Shown here: piece by piece, positions 1 to 7,019 of the stretch
Position numbering within the stretch: position 1 is the first letter of the stretch
Layout: every line of letters starts with the position of its first letter
From: Candidatus Krumholzibacteriia bacterium
Lineage (GTDB): Bacteria; Krumholzibacteriota; Krumholzibacteriia; LZORAL124-64-63
NCBI GenBank assembly: GCA_036351155.1
Contig: JAZBOO010000111.1
Location: 1-11,818, forward strand
Length of the DNA: 11,818 nt
Direction: 5' to 3'
Translations under genes and position numbers: made by a program
The notes under the pieces: model-generated
The model's database searches: none
The model's input: the letters and a program-made list of their open reading frames with translations, nothing else
What the model was told of the DNA's origin: nothing

Positions 1-1
1 C

Positions 2-415
2 CGTGCCTGGGACCACCGGCACGCCGGCGGCGCGCATCTTGCGGCGGGCCGAAAGCTTGTCGCCCATCAGGTCCATCGATTCCGCCGTGGGGCCGATGAA
101 GGCCATCCCGGCGGCTTCCACGGCCTTGCTGAAGGGACCGTTCTCGGAAAGGAATCCGTAGCCGGGATGAATGGCATCGGCACCGGTCAATTTGGCCGCA
201 GCGAGCACATTGTCGGCCACGAGGTAGCTTTCCGAGGCGGGGGCCGGTCCGATGGGCACGGCCTCATCGGCCATGAGCACATGCAGAGCACAGCGATCAA
301 CCTCGGAATAGACGGCCACCGTGGCGATGCCCATGTCCTTGAGTCCCTGGATCACCCGGACGGCTATTTCGCCCCGGTTGGCAACCAGCACTTTCTTGAA
401 TTTGCGAATGGCCAA
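2..415 (-). CDS. accC: Biotin carboxylase subunit of an acyl-CoA carboxylase (AccC/PccA-like), N-terminal part, truncated by the window edge
   Basis: Not in the ORF track; read manually. TTG start at 415, with GGAG 7 nt upstream, just after the pccB stop. Translation: MAIRKFKKVLVANRGEIAVRVIQGLKDMGIATVAVYSEVDRCALHVLMADEAV...ESYL...ADAIHPGYGFLSEN...FIGP...MGDKLSARRKMRAAGVPVVPG. ANRGEIA, HPGYGFLSEN and MGDK are biotin carboxylase signatures. Confidence 0.95.
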   Translation of the reverse strand, partial: MAIRKFKKVLVANRGEIAVRVIQGLKDMGIATVAVYSEVDRCALHVLMADEAVPIGPAPASESYLVADNVLAAAKLTGADAIHPGYGFLSENGPFSKAVEAAGMAFIGPTAESMDLMGDKLSARRKMRAAGVPVVPGT

Positions 416-425
416 GATCTTCTCC

Positions 426-1982
426 CTACAGGGGAATGTTGCCGTGCTTCTTGGGCGGCAGTTCCTGTTTCTTGTTGCGCAGGTTGTTCAGGGCCATGAT
501 GAGCTGGCGTCGGGTGTCGGCGGGCTCGATCACGTCGTCCAGATAACCCAGCCCAGCGGCGATGAATGGATTGGCGTAGGTCTCGTTGTATTCGTCGACC
601 AGCTTTTTCCGCGCGGCCTCGGGGTCCTTGGCCTGGGCCAGCTGGTTGCGATACAGGATGTTGACGGCCCCCTCGGGTCCCATGACGGCCAGCTCGGCGC
701 CGGGCCAGGCCACGTTCCAGTCGGCCCGGATGTGCTTGCTGTTCATCACATCGTAAGCCCCTCCGTAGGCCTTGCGGGTGATCACCGTCAACTTGGGCAC
801 GGTGGCCTCGCAGAAGGCGAACAGGAGCTTGGCGCCGTGCTTGATGATCCCCCCGTATTCCTGCTCGGTCCCCGGCAGGAAGCCGGGCACATCTTCGAGC
901 ACCACCAGGGGGACGTTGAAGCAGTCGCAGGTCCGGACGAACCGTGCGCCTTTCAGGCTGGCGGCAATGTCCAGCACACCGGCCTGGAACTTGGGCTGAT
1001 TGGCCACGATGCCCACCGGTTGACCGTCGAGCCGAGCAAAACCGCAGATCAGGTTCTGGGCGTGGCGAGGCTGAACCTCCATGAAGTCCCCCTCGTCCAC
1101 CACCAGGCGGATCACGTCCAGCATGTCGTAGGGTTTGCGGTTGTCCTCGGGGATCAGGGTGTTGAGCTTTTCCTCGCGACGATCGGGCTGGTCGTTGGGC
1201 ACGGTGCGGGGAGGATCCTCGAGATTGTTCTGGGGCAGGAAGCTCAGCAGGCGCCGGGTCATCAGCAGGCAATCGGCATCGGTGGCGGCCATGAAGTGGG
1301 CCACTCCGCTCTTGGTGCTGTGGGTGTTGGCGCCGCCCAGTTCCTCGAAGGACACATCCTCGTTGGTCACCATCTTGATGACGTTGGGCCCGGTCACGAA
1401 CATGTAGCTGGTCTGGTCCACCATCAGGGTGAAATCGGTGATGGCTGGGGAGTACACGGCGCCGCCGGCGCAGGGGCCCAGGATGGCCGAGATCTGCGGG
1501 ATCACTCCCGAGGCCATGGTGTTCCGCCAGAAAATTTCCGCGTAGCCGGCCAGGGAGCGGACACCCTCCTGGATCCGGGCGCCGCCGCTGTCGTTCAGGC
1601 CGATCACCGGACAGCCGTTTTCCAGGGCCTGGTCCATCAGACGGCAGATCTTCAGGGCGTTGGCCTCGCTCATCGAGCCGCCGAAAACCGTGAAGTCCTG
1701 GGCGAAGACATAGACCTGGCGGCCGTCGATCCTGCCCACGCCGGTGACCATCCCATCACCCATGGGCTGGTTTTGGTCCATGCCCATCTCATGGCTCCGA
1801 TGCCGCACGAACACGCCTGTTTCCTGAAAGCTGCCCTCGTCCATCAGGAGGTGGATGCGCTCGCGGGCGGTCAGCCGGCCCTTTTCATGGATCTTGGCGA
1901 TGCGTTCCTCGCCGCCCCCGGCCAGGGCCTGCTGCCTCAGTTCGTTCAGGCGGGCGAGTTTGTCCTCGAAGGAATTGGACAT
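426..1982 (-). CDS. pccB: Acyl-CoA carboxylase carboxyltransferase beta subunit (PccB / methylmalonyl-CoA carboxyltransferase family), 518 aa
   Basis: Motifs [60 protein letters not shown] and C-terminal KKHGNIPL. Start moved from 2096 to the ATG at 1982 (MSNSFEDK), which has AGAAGG upstream; the TTG at 2096 coincides with a -35 element. Confidence 0.93.
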   Translation of the reverse strand: MSNSFEDKLARLNELRQQALAGGGEERIAKIHEKGRLTARERIHLLMDEGSFQETGVFVRHRSHEMGMDQNQPMGDGMVTGVGRIDGRQVYVFAQDFTVFGGSMSEANALKICRLMDQALENGCPVIGLNDSGGARIQEGVRSLAGYAEIFWRNTMASGVIPQISAILGPCAGGAVYSPAITDFTLMVDQTSYMFVTGPNVIKMVTNEDVSFEELGGANTHSTKSGVAHFMAATDADCLLMTRRLLSFLPQNNLEDPPRTVPNDQPDRREEKLNTLIPEDNRKPYDMLDVIRLVVDEGDFMEVQPRHAQNLICGFARLDGQPVGIVANQPKFQAGVLDIAASLKGARFVRTCDCFNVPLVVLEDVPGFLPGTEQEYGGIIKHGAKLLFAFCEATVPKLTVITRKAYGGAYDVMNSKHIRADWNVAWPGAELAVMGPEGAVNILYRNQLAQAKDPEAARKKLVDEYNETYANPFIAAGLGYLDDVIEPADTRRQLIMALNNLRNKKQELPPKKHGNIPL

Positions 1983-2067
1983 GTGTGAACCTTCTGAAAT
2001 GGTGGAAATACCGTCACGGAAAAGCGGGAAGAACGGTGGCGCCAGACTCTTCCCAAAACCGGTCCGG

Positions 2068-2096
2068 ACTGTACCCCGTGTCGGGCTTTTCGTCAA
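2068..2096 (-). promoter_or_regulatory. Putative sigma70-type promoter of the pccB-accC unit
   Basis: Minus strand reads TTGACG (2096-2091), a 17-nt spacer, then TACAGT (2073-2068), about 85 nt upstream of the pccB ATG. Confidence 0.65.
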
Positions 2097-2138
2097 CCTG
2101 CGAAACTGTGAAGAGGGGTGGTGGACCGGGGAGAATGA

Positions 2139-3530
2139 TCAGCTGTGACCTTCGAGCCGCCGCAGCATGACCCGGCGGATCTGATCGGCCAGATCTCGGT
2201 GGCTGGTGGGCTTGAGAATGAAGCCGGACACGCCGGACTCCCGGGCCTGCTGCTCGTTGAAGCTGTCCCGGAAGCCGGTGATCAGGAGGACGGGAATGTC
2301 GGGGCGTATCCCGTGGATTTTCCGGGTCAGGCGGACGCCGGACATGTGGGGCATGATCTGGTCGGTGATCACCACATCGAACACCTCGGGGGTCTGCATG
2401 AAGTCATCGAGGGCCCGCCGGCTGTCGGTGTGGGTGACCACCCGAAATCCCTGTCTCTGCAGGCCTCGGCTGGTCACCTGAGCCACCATTTCCTGGTCGT
2501 CCACCAGCAGCACTGTGATCTGGTTGCCGTCGTTGGTGGCCGGCACCTCCTCGGGTGCCGGTTCGAAAACCTGGGCTCCGGTGGGCGAGGGCACCACCGT
2601 CAGGTCCTCGGCGGTCAGCGGAGCCGGGCGGGCCGTGTCCACCTTCCAGGCAATGAGGGGGAAGTAGATGTCGAAGCTGGTGCCTCGCCCGGGGGAACTG
2701 TGGGGAATGGTGACGCCGTCGTGGTCCTTCAGGATCCGGTGCACGGTGTTCAGCCCGATGCCCATGCCCCGACCGTCCTCGGACGCGGAGAAGTAGGAAT
2801 TGAAAATCTGGTCGAGGGTTTCCGCATCCATGCCGCGGCCGTTGTCCGTCACCCGCAACTTGACGTAGGAGCCGGGCCCCAGATCCTGGGGGATGGCGCG
2901 GTGCCATTCCTCGATGCGTTCTTCCTTGAGGGAAACTTCGATGATGCCCTGTCGGCGATGAATGGCGCTGACCGAATTGCTGAAGAGATTCATGAGAATC
3001 TGCTGGACCCCGGTGGAACTGGCCATGACGGGACCACAGCGCGGGGCCAGGTCGGTGCGAATTTCCACCGTGGGCGGAAGAATGTCCTGCAAAAGTTTCA
3101 GGGTGTCCCGCACCACCGGGACCAGGTCCGTGGGTTTGTGGGCCTGGTCGGCCTGACGGTAGAAATCGCTGATTTCCTGAACCAGGTCGCTGGCCATGTG
3201 GCCGGCCTTGCTGACCCGTTCCAGCTCTTCGCGCAGGGGAGAATCGGCGGTGGTTTCGCTCAGAGCCATGCGGCTGTGGCCCAGGATGACCGCCAGCAGA
3301 TTGTTCAGGTTGTGGACGATACTCCCGGCAAGGATCCCCACGGCTTCCATGCGTCGGGCCTGGACCAGGAGATTCTCCTTGGCGTCCAGTTCCTGGTGCA
3401 GCTTGCGGACGAGGCGACTGTTGGCCCGGCCTCGCAACAGGGCGAACGTCAGCATACCCAGGGCCACCAGGGCCAGACCACCAGTCCAGACCAGTGGCCA
3501 AAATAGAGCATTCTGGGCCGAGACGTCCAT
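2139..3530 (-). CDS. Hybrid sensor histidine kinase/response regulator (one TM helix, HisKA, HATPase, receiver; CckA-like architecture), 463 aa
   Basis: N-terminal hydrophobic segment LFWPLVWTGGLALVALGMLTFALL; H-box GILAGSIVHNLNNLL; N-box QILMNLFSNS; G1 VTDNGRGM; G2 GRGMGIGL; receiver VLLVDD...VITDQIMPHMSG...ITG...ILKP. ATG at 3530 has GGAG upstream. Confidence 0.9.
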   Translation of the reverse strand: MDVSAQNALFWPLVWTGGLALVALGMLTFALLRGRANSRLVRKLHQELDAKENLLVQARRMEAVGILAGSIVHNLNNLLAVILGHSRMALSETTADSPLREELERVSKAGHMASDLVQEISDFYRQADQAHKPTDLVPVVRDTLKLLQDILPPTVEIRTDLAPRCGPVMASSTGVQQILMNLFSNSVSAIHRRQGIIEVSLKEERIEEWHRAIPQDLGPGSYVKLRVTDNGRGMDAETLDQIFNSYFSASEDGRGMGIGLNTVHRILKDHDGVTIPHSSPGRGTSFDIYFPLIAWKVDTARPAPLTAEDLTVVPSPTGAQVFEPAPEEVPATNDGNQITVLLVDDQEMVAQVTSRGLQRQGFRVVTHTDSRRALDDFMQTPEVFDVVITDQIMPHMSGVRLTRKIHGIRPDIPVLLITGFRDSFNEQQARESGVSGFILKPTSHRDLADQIRRVMLRRLEGHS

Positions 3531-3605
3531 GGACACTCCGCAATAAAAAGGTGAAGGGGGCGAATCCCTCGACATTCTGGACCATTTTCCCCGCGAATGC
3601 TACTC

Positions 3606-3640
3606 AAAAAGTATGGGCCCGGCTTAGCCGGGCCCATGCT
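3606..3640 (-). terminator. Rho-independent terminator downstream of the secreted-protein gene
   Basis: Perfect 11-bp inverted repeat ATGGGCCCGGC-tta-GCCGGGCCCAT (3613-3637), followed on the minus strand by ACTTTTT, about 45 nt after the stop at 3685. Confidence 0.8.
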
Positions 3641-3684
3641 CATCATCAGCGGGAAATCAGTTTCTCCGGACTAACCCGGGTAAA

Positions 3685-4374
3685 CTACCGATACAGTGCC
3701 TTGAGCGAACTCAGGGACTTGTCTTCGGTATCGACCATGCAGTCCGTCAGAGCCATGCCGTCAGCGAAAGGCAGCAACTTGAAGTTGCTGAAGCTGTAGG
3801 TGTAAACGCCGGTGGCGTTGTTGAAGCACTGGCCCAGCAGGATTTCGCCCTCGTAGAACACGTCGTCGAAGCGGATGGGGGTACCGTCCAGGGCGGTGGC
3901 TTCCCACTCGCCGAAGCCCAGGTCCTCGTTGGTCACTTCCATGCCGTCCACGATGGTGATGACACAGCTTTCCCAGGGCTCGGGATCGGCCATCAGGTCC
4001 GCAGCGGTCACGTAACTGGGCATGGGCACGGCCATGGTCCCGGTCTTGACCACGGACCCGTAGATGCCGGCACTCACGATGTCGATCTCGGACAGGTCGT
4101 AGTATTCCTTGTACTCGCCGCAGATGCACACGAGGTCACCGGCCATCAGGCCTTCGGTGGCGTCGGAGCCCATGTAAACCCAGATACCGTTGTTGGCACC
4201 GTAGGGGGCCTCGGCCACCCAGATACCGTTGGGGCCCACGGCGGTGATGACCACGTCGCAGGGGGCTTGCAGGGTGCCGACCTCTGCCAATCCGGTCTGG
4301 ATGTCTTCAATAACTCCAGCCTGGGCGCCGGCGGCGATCAGAGCGATAAAACAAACGAGAGCAATTTTCTTCAT
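3685..4374 (-). CDS. Secreted hypothetical protein, 229 aa; Sec signal peptide, OB-fold-like region resembling the non-catalytic domains of ExeM/YhcR-type extracellular nucleases, distinctive C-terminal tail
   Basis: GGAGG upstream of ATG 4374. Signal peptide MKKIALVCFIALIAAGAQA with an AQA cleavage site. The pattern IEDIQ...VVITAV..NGIWV...GIWVY...AGDLVCICGEYKEYYDLSEI...EPWESCVITI resembles I.DIQ...VVTA...GFFIQ...GIFVY...GD.V.V.G.V.EY.GLTEI...E.YEG.LV. The gene has its own terminator. The coding call is firm; the fold call is by eye. Confidence 0.8.
   Translation of the reverse strand: MKKIALVCFIALIAAGAQAGVIEDIQTGLAEVGTLQAPCDVVITAVGPNGIWVAEAPYGANNGIWVYMGSDATEGLMAGDLVCICGEYKEYYDLSEIDIVSAGIYGSVVKTGTMAVPMPSYVTAADLMADPEPWESCVITIVDGMEVTNEDLGFGEWEATALDGTPIRFDDVFYEGEILLGQCFNNATGVYTYSFSNFKLLPFADGMALTDCMVDTEDKSLSSLKALYR
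4178..4231. repeat. 15-bp perfect direct repeat within the secreted-protein gene
   Basis: ACCCAGATACCGTTG at 4178-4192 and 4217-4231 (39-nt offset, in frame), encoding NGIWV twice. Confidence 0.85.
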
Positions 4375-4759
4375 GATTTCCCTCCGTGAAAGAAAGGTCT
4401 GCTGCATGATGACTTGGATGGACGACTGTGAATTTTTCTGGAATAACCAGTAGCCAGCCAGTCAAGCCTGTGAAAAACCAATGACCAATATTGCCAATGT
4501 ACCCGGCAAAAGGTCTGTGCAAAAAACACGGGCAGGGCGATACCCACGGAAATACTTTATCACTCTTGTGGTGCCCTGTCCACATAAAAAAACACGGATT
4601 TGTTAATAATTATTGGGGCCAGATACGGGAATTTGGCAATTGGAGGGGGTCCAGGAGTTCTGCCATTTCGAGGATGCCTCCGAGCCATCCCTTTGATATA
4701 GTCGCCAAAGATAATAGGTGTCTTTATCGCAGTCTTCAGCCAGGGAAGGATGATCTTTC

Positions 4760-5542
4760 ATGTCATACGAGAATTTGCTGTGCGAAATCCAGGAGGGGGT
4801 GGCCACGGTCACCGTCAATCGCCCCGACAAGCTCAACGCGCTGAACGGTGCCACCATTGGTGAGTTGAAGTCCTGCCTGGAGGCGCTGGAGGGTGATGAA
4901 CAGGTCAAGGTTGTGGTGCTGACCGGGGCTGGGGAAAAGGCCTTCGTGGCTGGAGCGGACATCGGGGAACTGGCGGGGTTGACGGCCAGCCAGGCCGAAA
5001 TCCTGGCCGAAAATGGACAGCAATTGATGAATTTCATCGAAAATCTGGGCAAGCCCGTCATCGCGGCGGTGAACGGCTTTGCCCTGGGCGGCGGTTGCGA
5101 GCTGGCCATGGCCTGCACTTTCCGCTATGCCGCGGACACGGCCAAGCTGGGTTTGCCCGAAACGGGACTGGGACTGATTCCCGGTTTCGGCGGCACTCAG
5201 CGCTTGCCTCGCCTGGTGGGCCGGGGGCGTGCCCTGGAACTGGTGCTCACCGGGGGCATGATCACCGCGGTGGATGCCATGGCCATCGGTCTGGTCAACA
5301 AGGTTTACGCCAGGGAAGATCTGATGACGGCCGTGATGGATGCGGCCCAGGCTCTGGCCACCAGGTCTTCCTTGACCCTGCGCGTGGCTCTGAAAGCGGT
5401 CAATGAGGGGCTGGGCATGAACCAGGATAGCGGCTGCCGGCTGGAGGCGGCCCTTTTCGGCGTGGCTGGAGGCTCCGAGGACGCCCACGAAGGTTGTGCC
5501 GCATTCCTGGAGAAGAGAAAGCCTGTCTTCAAGAACAGGTAA
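4760..5542 (+). CDS. crt: Enoyl-CoA hydratase (crotonase / 3-hydroxybutyryl-CoA dehydratase-like), 260 aa
   Basis: Motifs NRPDKLNALN, AFVAGADI, NGFALGGGCELA and LGLPE (both catalytic Glu present), PGFGGTQRLPRLVG, EG..AFLEKRKPVF. AAGGA upstream. Exact substrate is uncertain. Confidence 0.92.
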   Translation: MSYENLLCEIQEGVATVTVNRPDKLNALNGATIGELKSCLEALEGDEQVKVVVLTGAGEKAFVAGADIGELAGLTASQAEILAENGQQLMNFIENLGKPVIAAVNGFALGGGCELAMACTFRYAADTAKLGLPETGLGLIPGFGGTQRLPRLVGRGRALELVLTGGMITAVDAMAIGLVNKVYAREDLMTAVMDAAQALATRSSLTLRVALKAVNEGLGMNQDSGCRLEAALFGVAGGSEDAHEGCAAFLEKRKPVFKNR

Positions 5543-5567
5543 TCATCCCTTGGAGTTGTAAACGGTT

Positions 5568-5586
5568 GAAAAAGATAATCATTATC
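5568..5586. promoter_or_regulatory. Putative Fur-family operator (Fur box)
   Basis: GAAAAAGATAATCATTATC matches the classical GATAATGATAATCATTATC at 17 of 19 positions and contains the perfect dyad GATAAT-C-ATTATC (5574-5586). It is intergenic and AT-rich in a GC-rich background. Confidence 0.7.
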
Positions 5587-5600
5587 GGCAAGTAGAGACA

Positions 5601-5639
5601 GGGCCCGGCGGGGAATCATTTCTTTTTCTCGCCGGGCTT
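5601..5639 (+). other. GC-rich stem-loop between crt and the ferredoxin gene (possible terminator or attenuator)
   Basis: GCCCGGCG (5603-5610) pairs with CGCCGGGC (5630-5637) and extends through G-U/A-U pairs. No clear U-tract follows it. Confidence 0.45.
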
Positions 5640-5697
5640 AGTGCCTATCTTTGCAGGGTCCTAGTGGTTCAGAATCTTTCCGCGCGAGGTGAAATCC

Positions 5698-5928
5698 ATG
5701 ACTGAAAACTCTACGGTGGACGTGCCCGTGATGGAGGTCAACGGCGAACTCTGCAAAGGGTGCCAGCTGTGCGTCGGGGTCTGCCCCAAGCACGTGATCG
5801 CCATCAGTGAAAAACTTAACAGCGCGAGTTACCACCCCGCTTACTACACGGGCTCCGACTGCACCGGTTGCGGTCTTTGTTTCTATGCCTGTCCCGAGCC
5901 GGGCGCCATAAGGGTCGTGAAGCCTTAA
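5698..5928 (+). CDS. 2x[4Fe-4S] ferredoxin-like delta subunit of a 2-oxoacid:ferredoxin oxidoreductase, 76 aa
   Basis: Two CxxCxxCxxxCP motifs ([24 protein letters not shown]); GAGGTG RBS before ATG 5698; sits directly upstream of the alpha-type subunit. Confidence 0.93.
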   Translation: MTENSTVDVPVMEVNGELCKGCQLCVGVCPKHVIAISEKLNSASYHPAYYTGSDCTGCGLCFYACPEPGAIRVVKP

Positions 5929-5954
5929 GGGAACCAACCGACAGGAGAATGTCC

Positions 5955-7019
5955 ATGGCAAGACAGTTCATGAAGGGCAACGATGCCATCATCGTGGGTG
6001 CCCTTGCGGCGGGATGCCGGGCCTATTACGGCTACCCCATCACTCCGGCCAGTGAAATCGCCCACGCGGCCGCCCTGCACTTTCCCGCCCTCAACGGCGT
6101 TTTCATTCAGGCCGAATCCGAAGTTTCCGCCATCAACATGGTTTACGGGACCGCCGGCATGGGTGTGCGCACCATGACCGCCTCGTCCAGCCCCGGCTTC
6201 AGCCTCAAGCAGGAAGGCCTCAGCTACTGCGCCGGCGCCGAGTTGCCCTGTGTGGTGGTCAACATCGTGCGTGGCGGCCCTGGACTGGGCAATATCGCTC
6301 CTGAGCAGGCTGATTATTTCCAGATCACCAAGGGTGGCGGCCACGGCAACTACCGTCTGATCACCCTGGCCCCCAACGGCGCCCAGGAAATGTGTGATCT
6401 GACCATGAAGGCCTTCGACCTGGCCGATCAGTACCGCAACCCGGCCTGCATCATGGCCGATGGGATCACCGGCCAGATGATGGAAGTCGTGGAGATGCCC
6501 GAAGCTCAGGCCCTCGAGCACGACCACTCCGCGTGGTGTGTCGACGGCACGGCCAAGACCAAGGGGAACCTGGTCAGCTCCATCGTCCTGGAGCCCGAGG
6601 AGCTGGAGGAGCACAACCTCAAGCTGGACCGCAAGTACCAGGAAATCATGGCCAAGGAAACCCTGTGGGAAGAGTACAAGACCGACGACGCCGAGCTGGT
6701 CGTGGTGGCCTATGGCGTGGTGTCGCGGATCGTCTACTCCACCGTGGACGAGGCCCGCAAGCAGGGCATGAAAGTCGGCCTGCTGCGCCCCATCACCCTG
6801 TGGCCCTTCCCCTCCGCCCCGATCAGCAAGCTGGCCGAAGGCAACCGCCAGTTCCTGGCCGTCGAACTGTCCACCGGCCAGATGGTCGAAGACGTCAAGC
6901 TGGCGGTCGAGGGCAAGGCTCCGGTCCACTTCTACGGGCGCTGCGGCGGCATGGTGCCCGGTGGCGCCGAGCTGGTTGAAGAATACAAGAAGATCTTCGC
7001 AGGAGGGAAGCAGTCATGA
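5955..7019 (+). CDS. vorB: 2-oxoacid:ferredoxin oxidoreductase alpha-type subunit, VorB (2-oxoisovalerate oxidoreductase)-like, 354 aa
   Basis: Motifs MKGNDAI, GYPITPASEI, QAESEVSAINMVYG, TASSSPGFSLKQEG, RGGPGLGNIAPEQADY, KGGGHG, LRPITLWPFP. AGGAG lies 7 nt before ATG 5955. Confidence 0.9.
   Translation: MARQFMKGNDAIIVGALAAGCRAYYGYPITPASEIAHAAALHFPALNGVFIQAESEVSAINMVYGTAGMGVRTMTASSSPGFSLKQEGLSYCAGAELPCVVVNIVRGGPGLGNIAPEQADYFQITKGGGHGNYRLITLAPNGAQEMCDLTMKAFDLADQYRNPACIMADGITGQMMEVVEMPEAQALEHDHSAWCVDGTAKTKGNLVSSIVLEPEELEEHNLKLDRKYQEIMAKETLWEEYKTDDAELVVVAYGVVSRIVYSTVDEARKQGMKVGLLRPITLWPFPSAPISKLAEGNRQFLAVELSTGQMVEDVKLAVEGKAPVHFYGRCGGMVPGGAELVEEYKKIFAGGKQS

Noticed and set aside
321..1988. 555-aa plus-strand ORF antisense to pccB
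   Set aside because: Shadow ORF mirroring a real gene with GC-biased codons; no recognisable motifs.
1983..2096. N-terminal extension of pccB from TTG 2096
   Set aside because: The TTG is part of the -35 element, and family similarity and the RBS favour ATG 1982.
2145..3506. 453-aa plus-strand ORF and the overlapping 393-aa alternative-frame minus ORF over the kinase
   Set aside because: Antisense and off-frame shadows; the off-frame product is Pro/Gly/Arg-rich and neither has family motifs.
4486..4646. TTGGCA elements as possible sigma54 promoters (minus strand near 4498, plus strand near 4633)
   Set aside because: Neither has GC at the required GG-N10-GC position.
4307..4844. Small ORFs in the divergent spacer (4307-4585 minus, 4491-4844 plus)
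   Set aside because: They overlap real genes, have atypical composition and lack recognisable motifs.
5556..5573. TTGTAAACGGTTGAAAAA as a Rex or LacI/cre-type operator
   Set aside because: Only the left half-site matches; the overlapping Fur-like dyad explains the region better.
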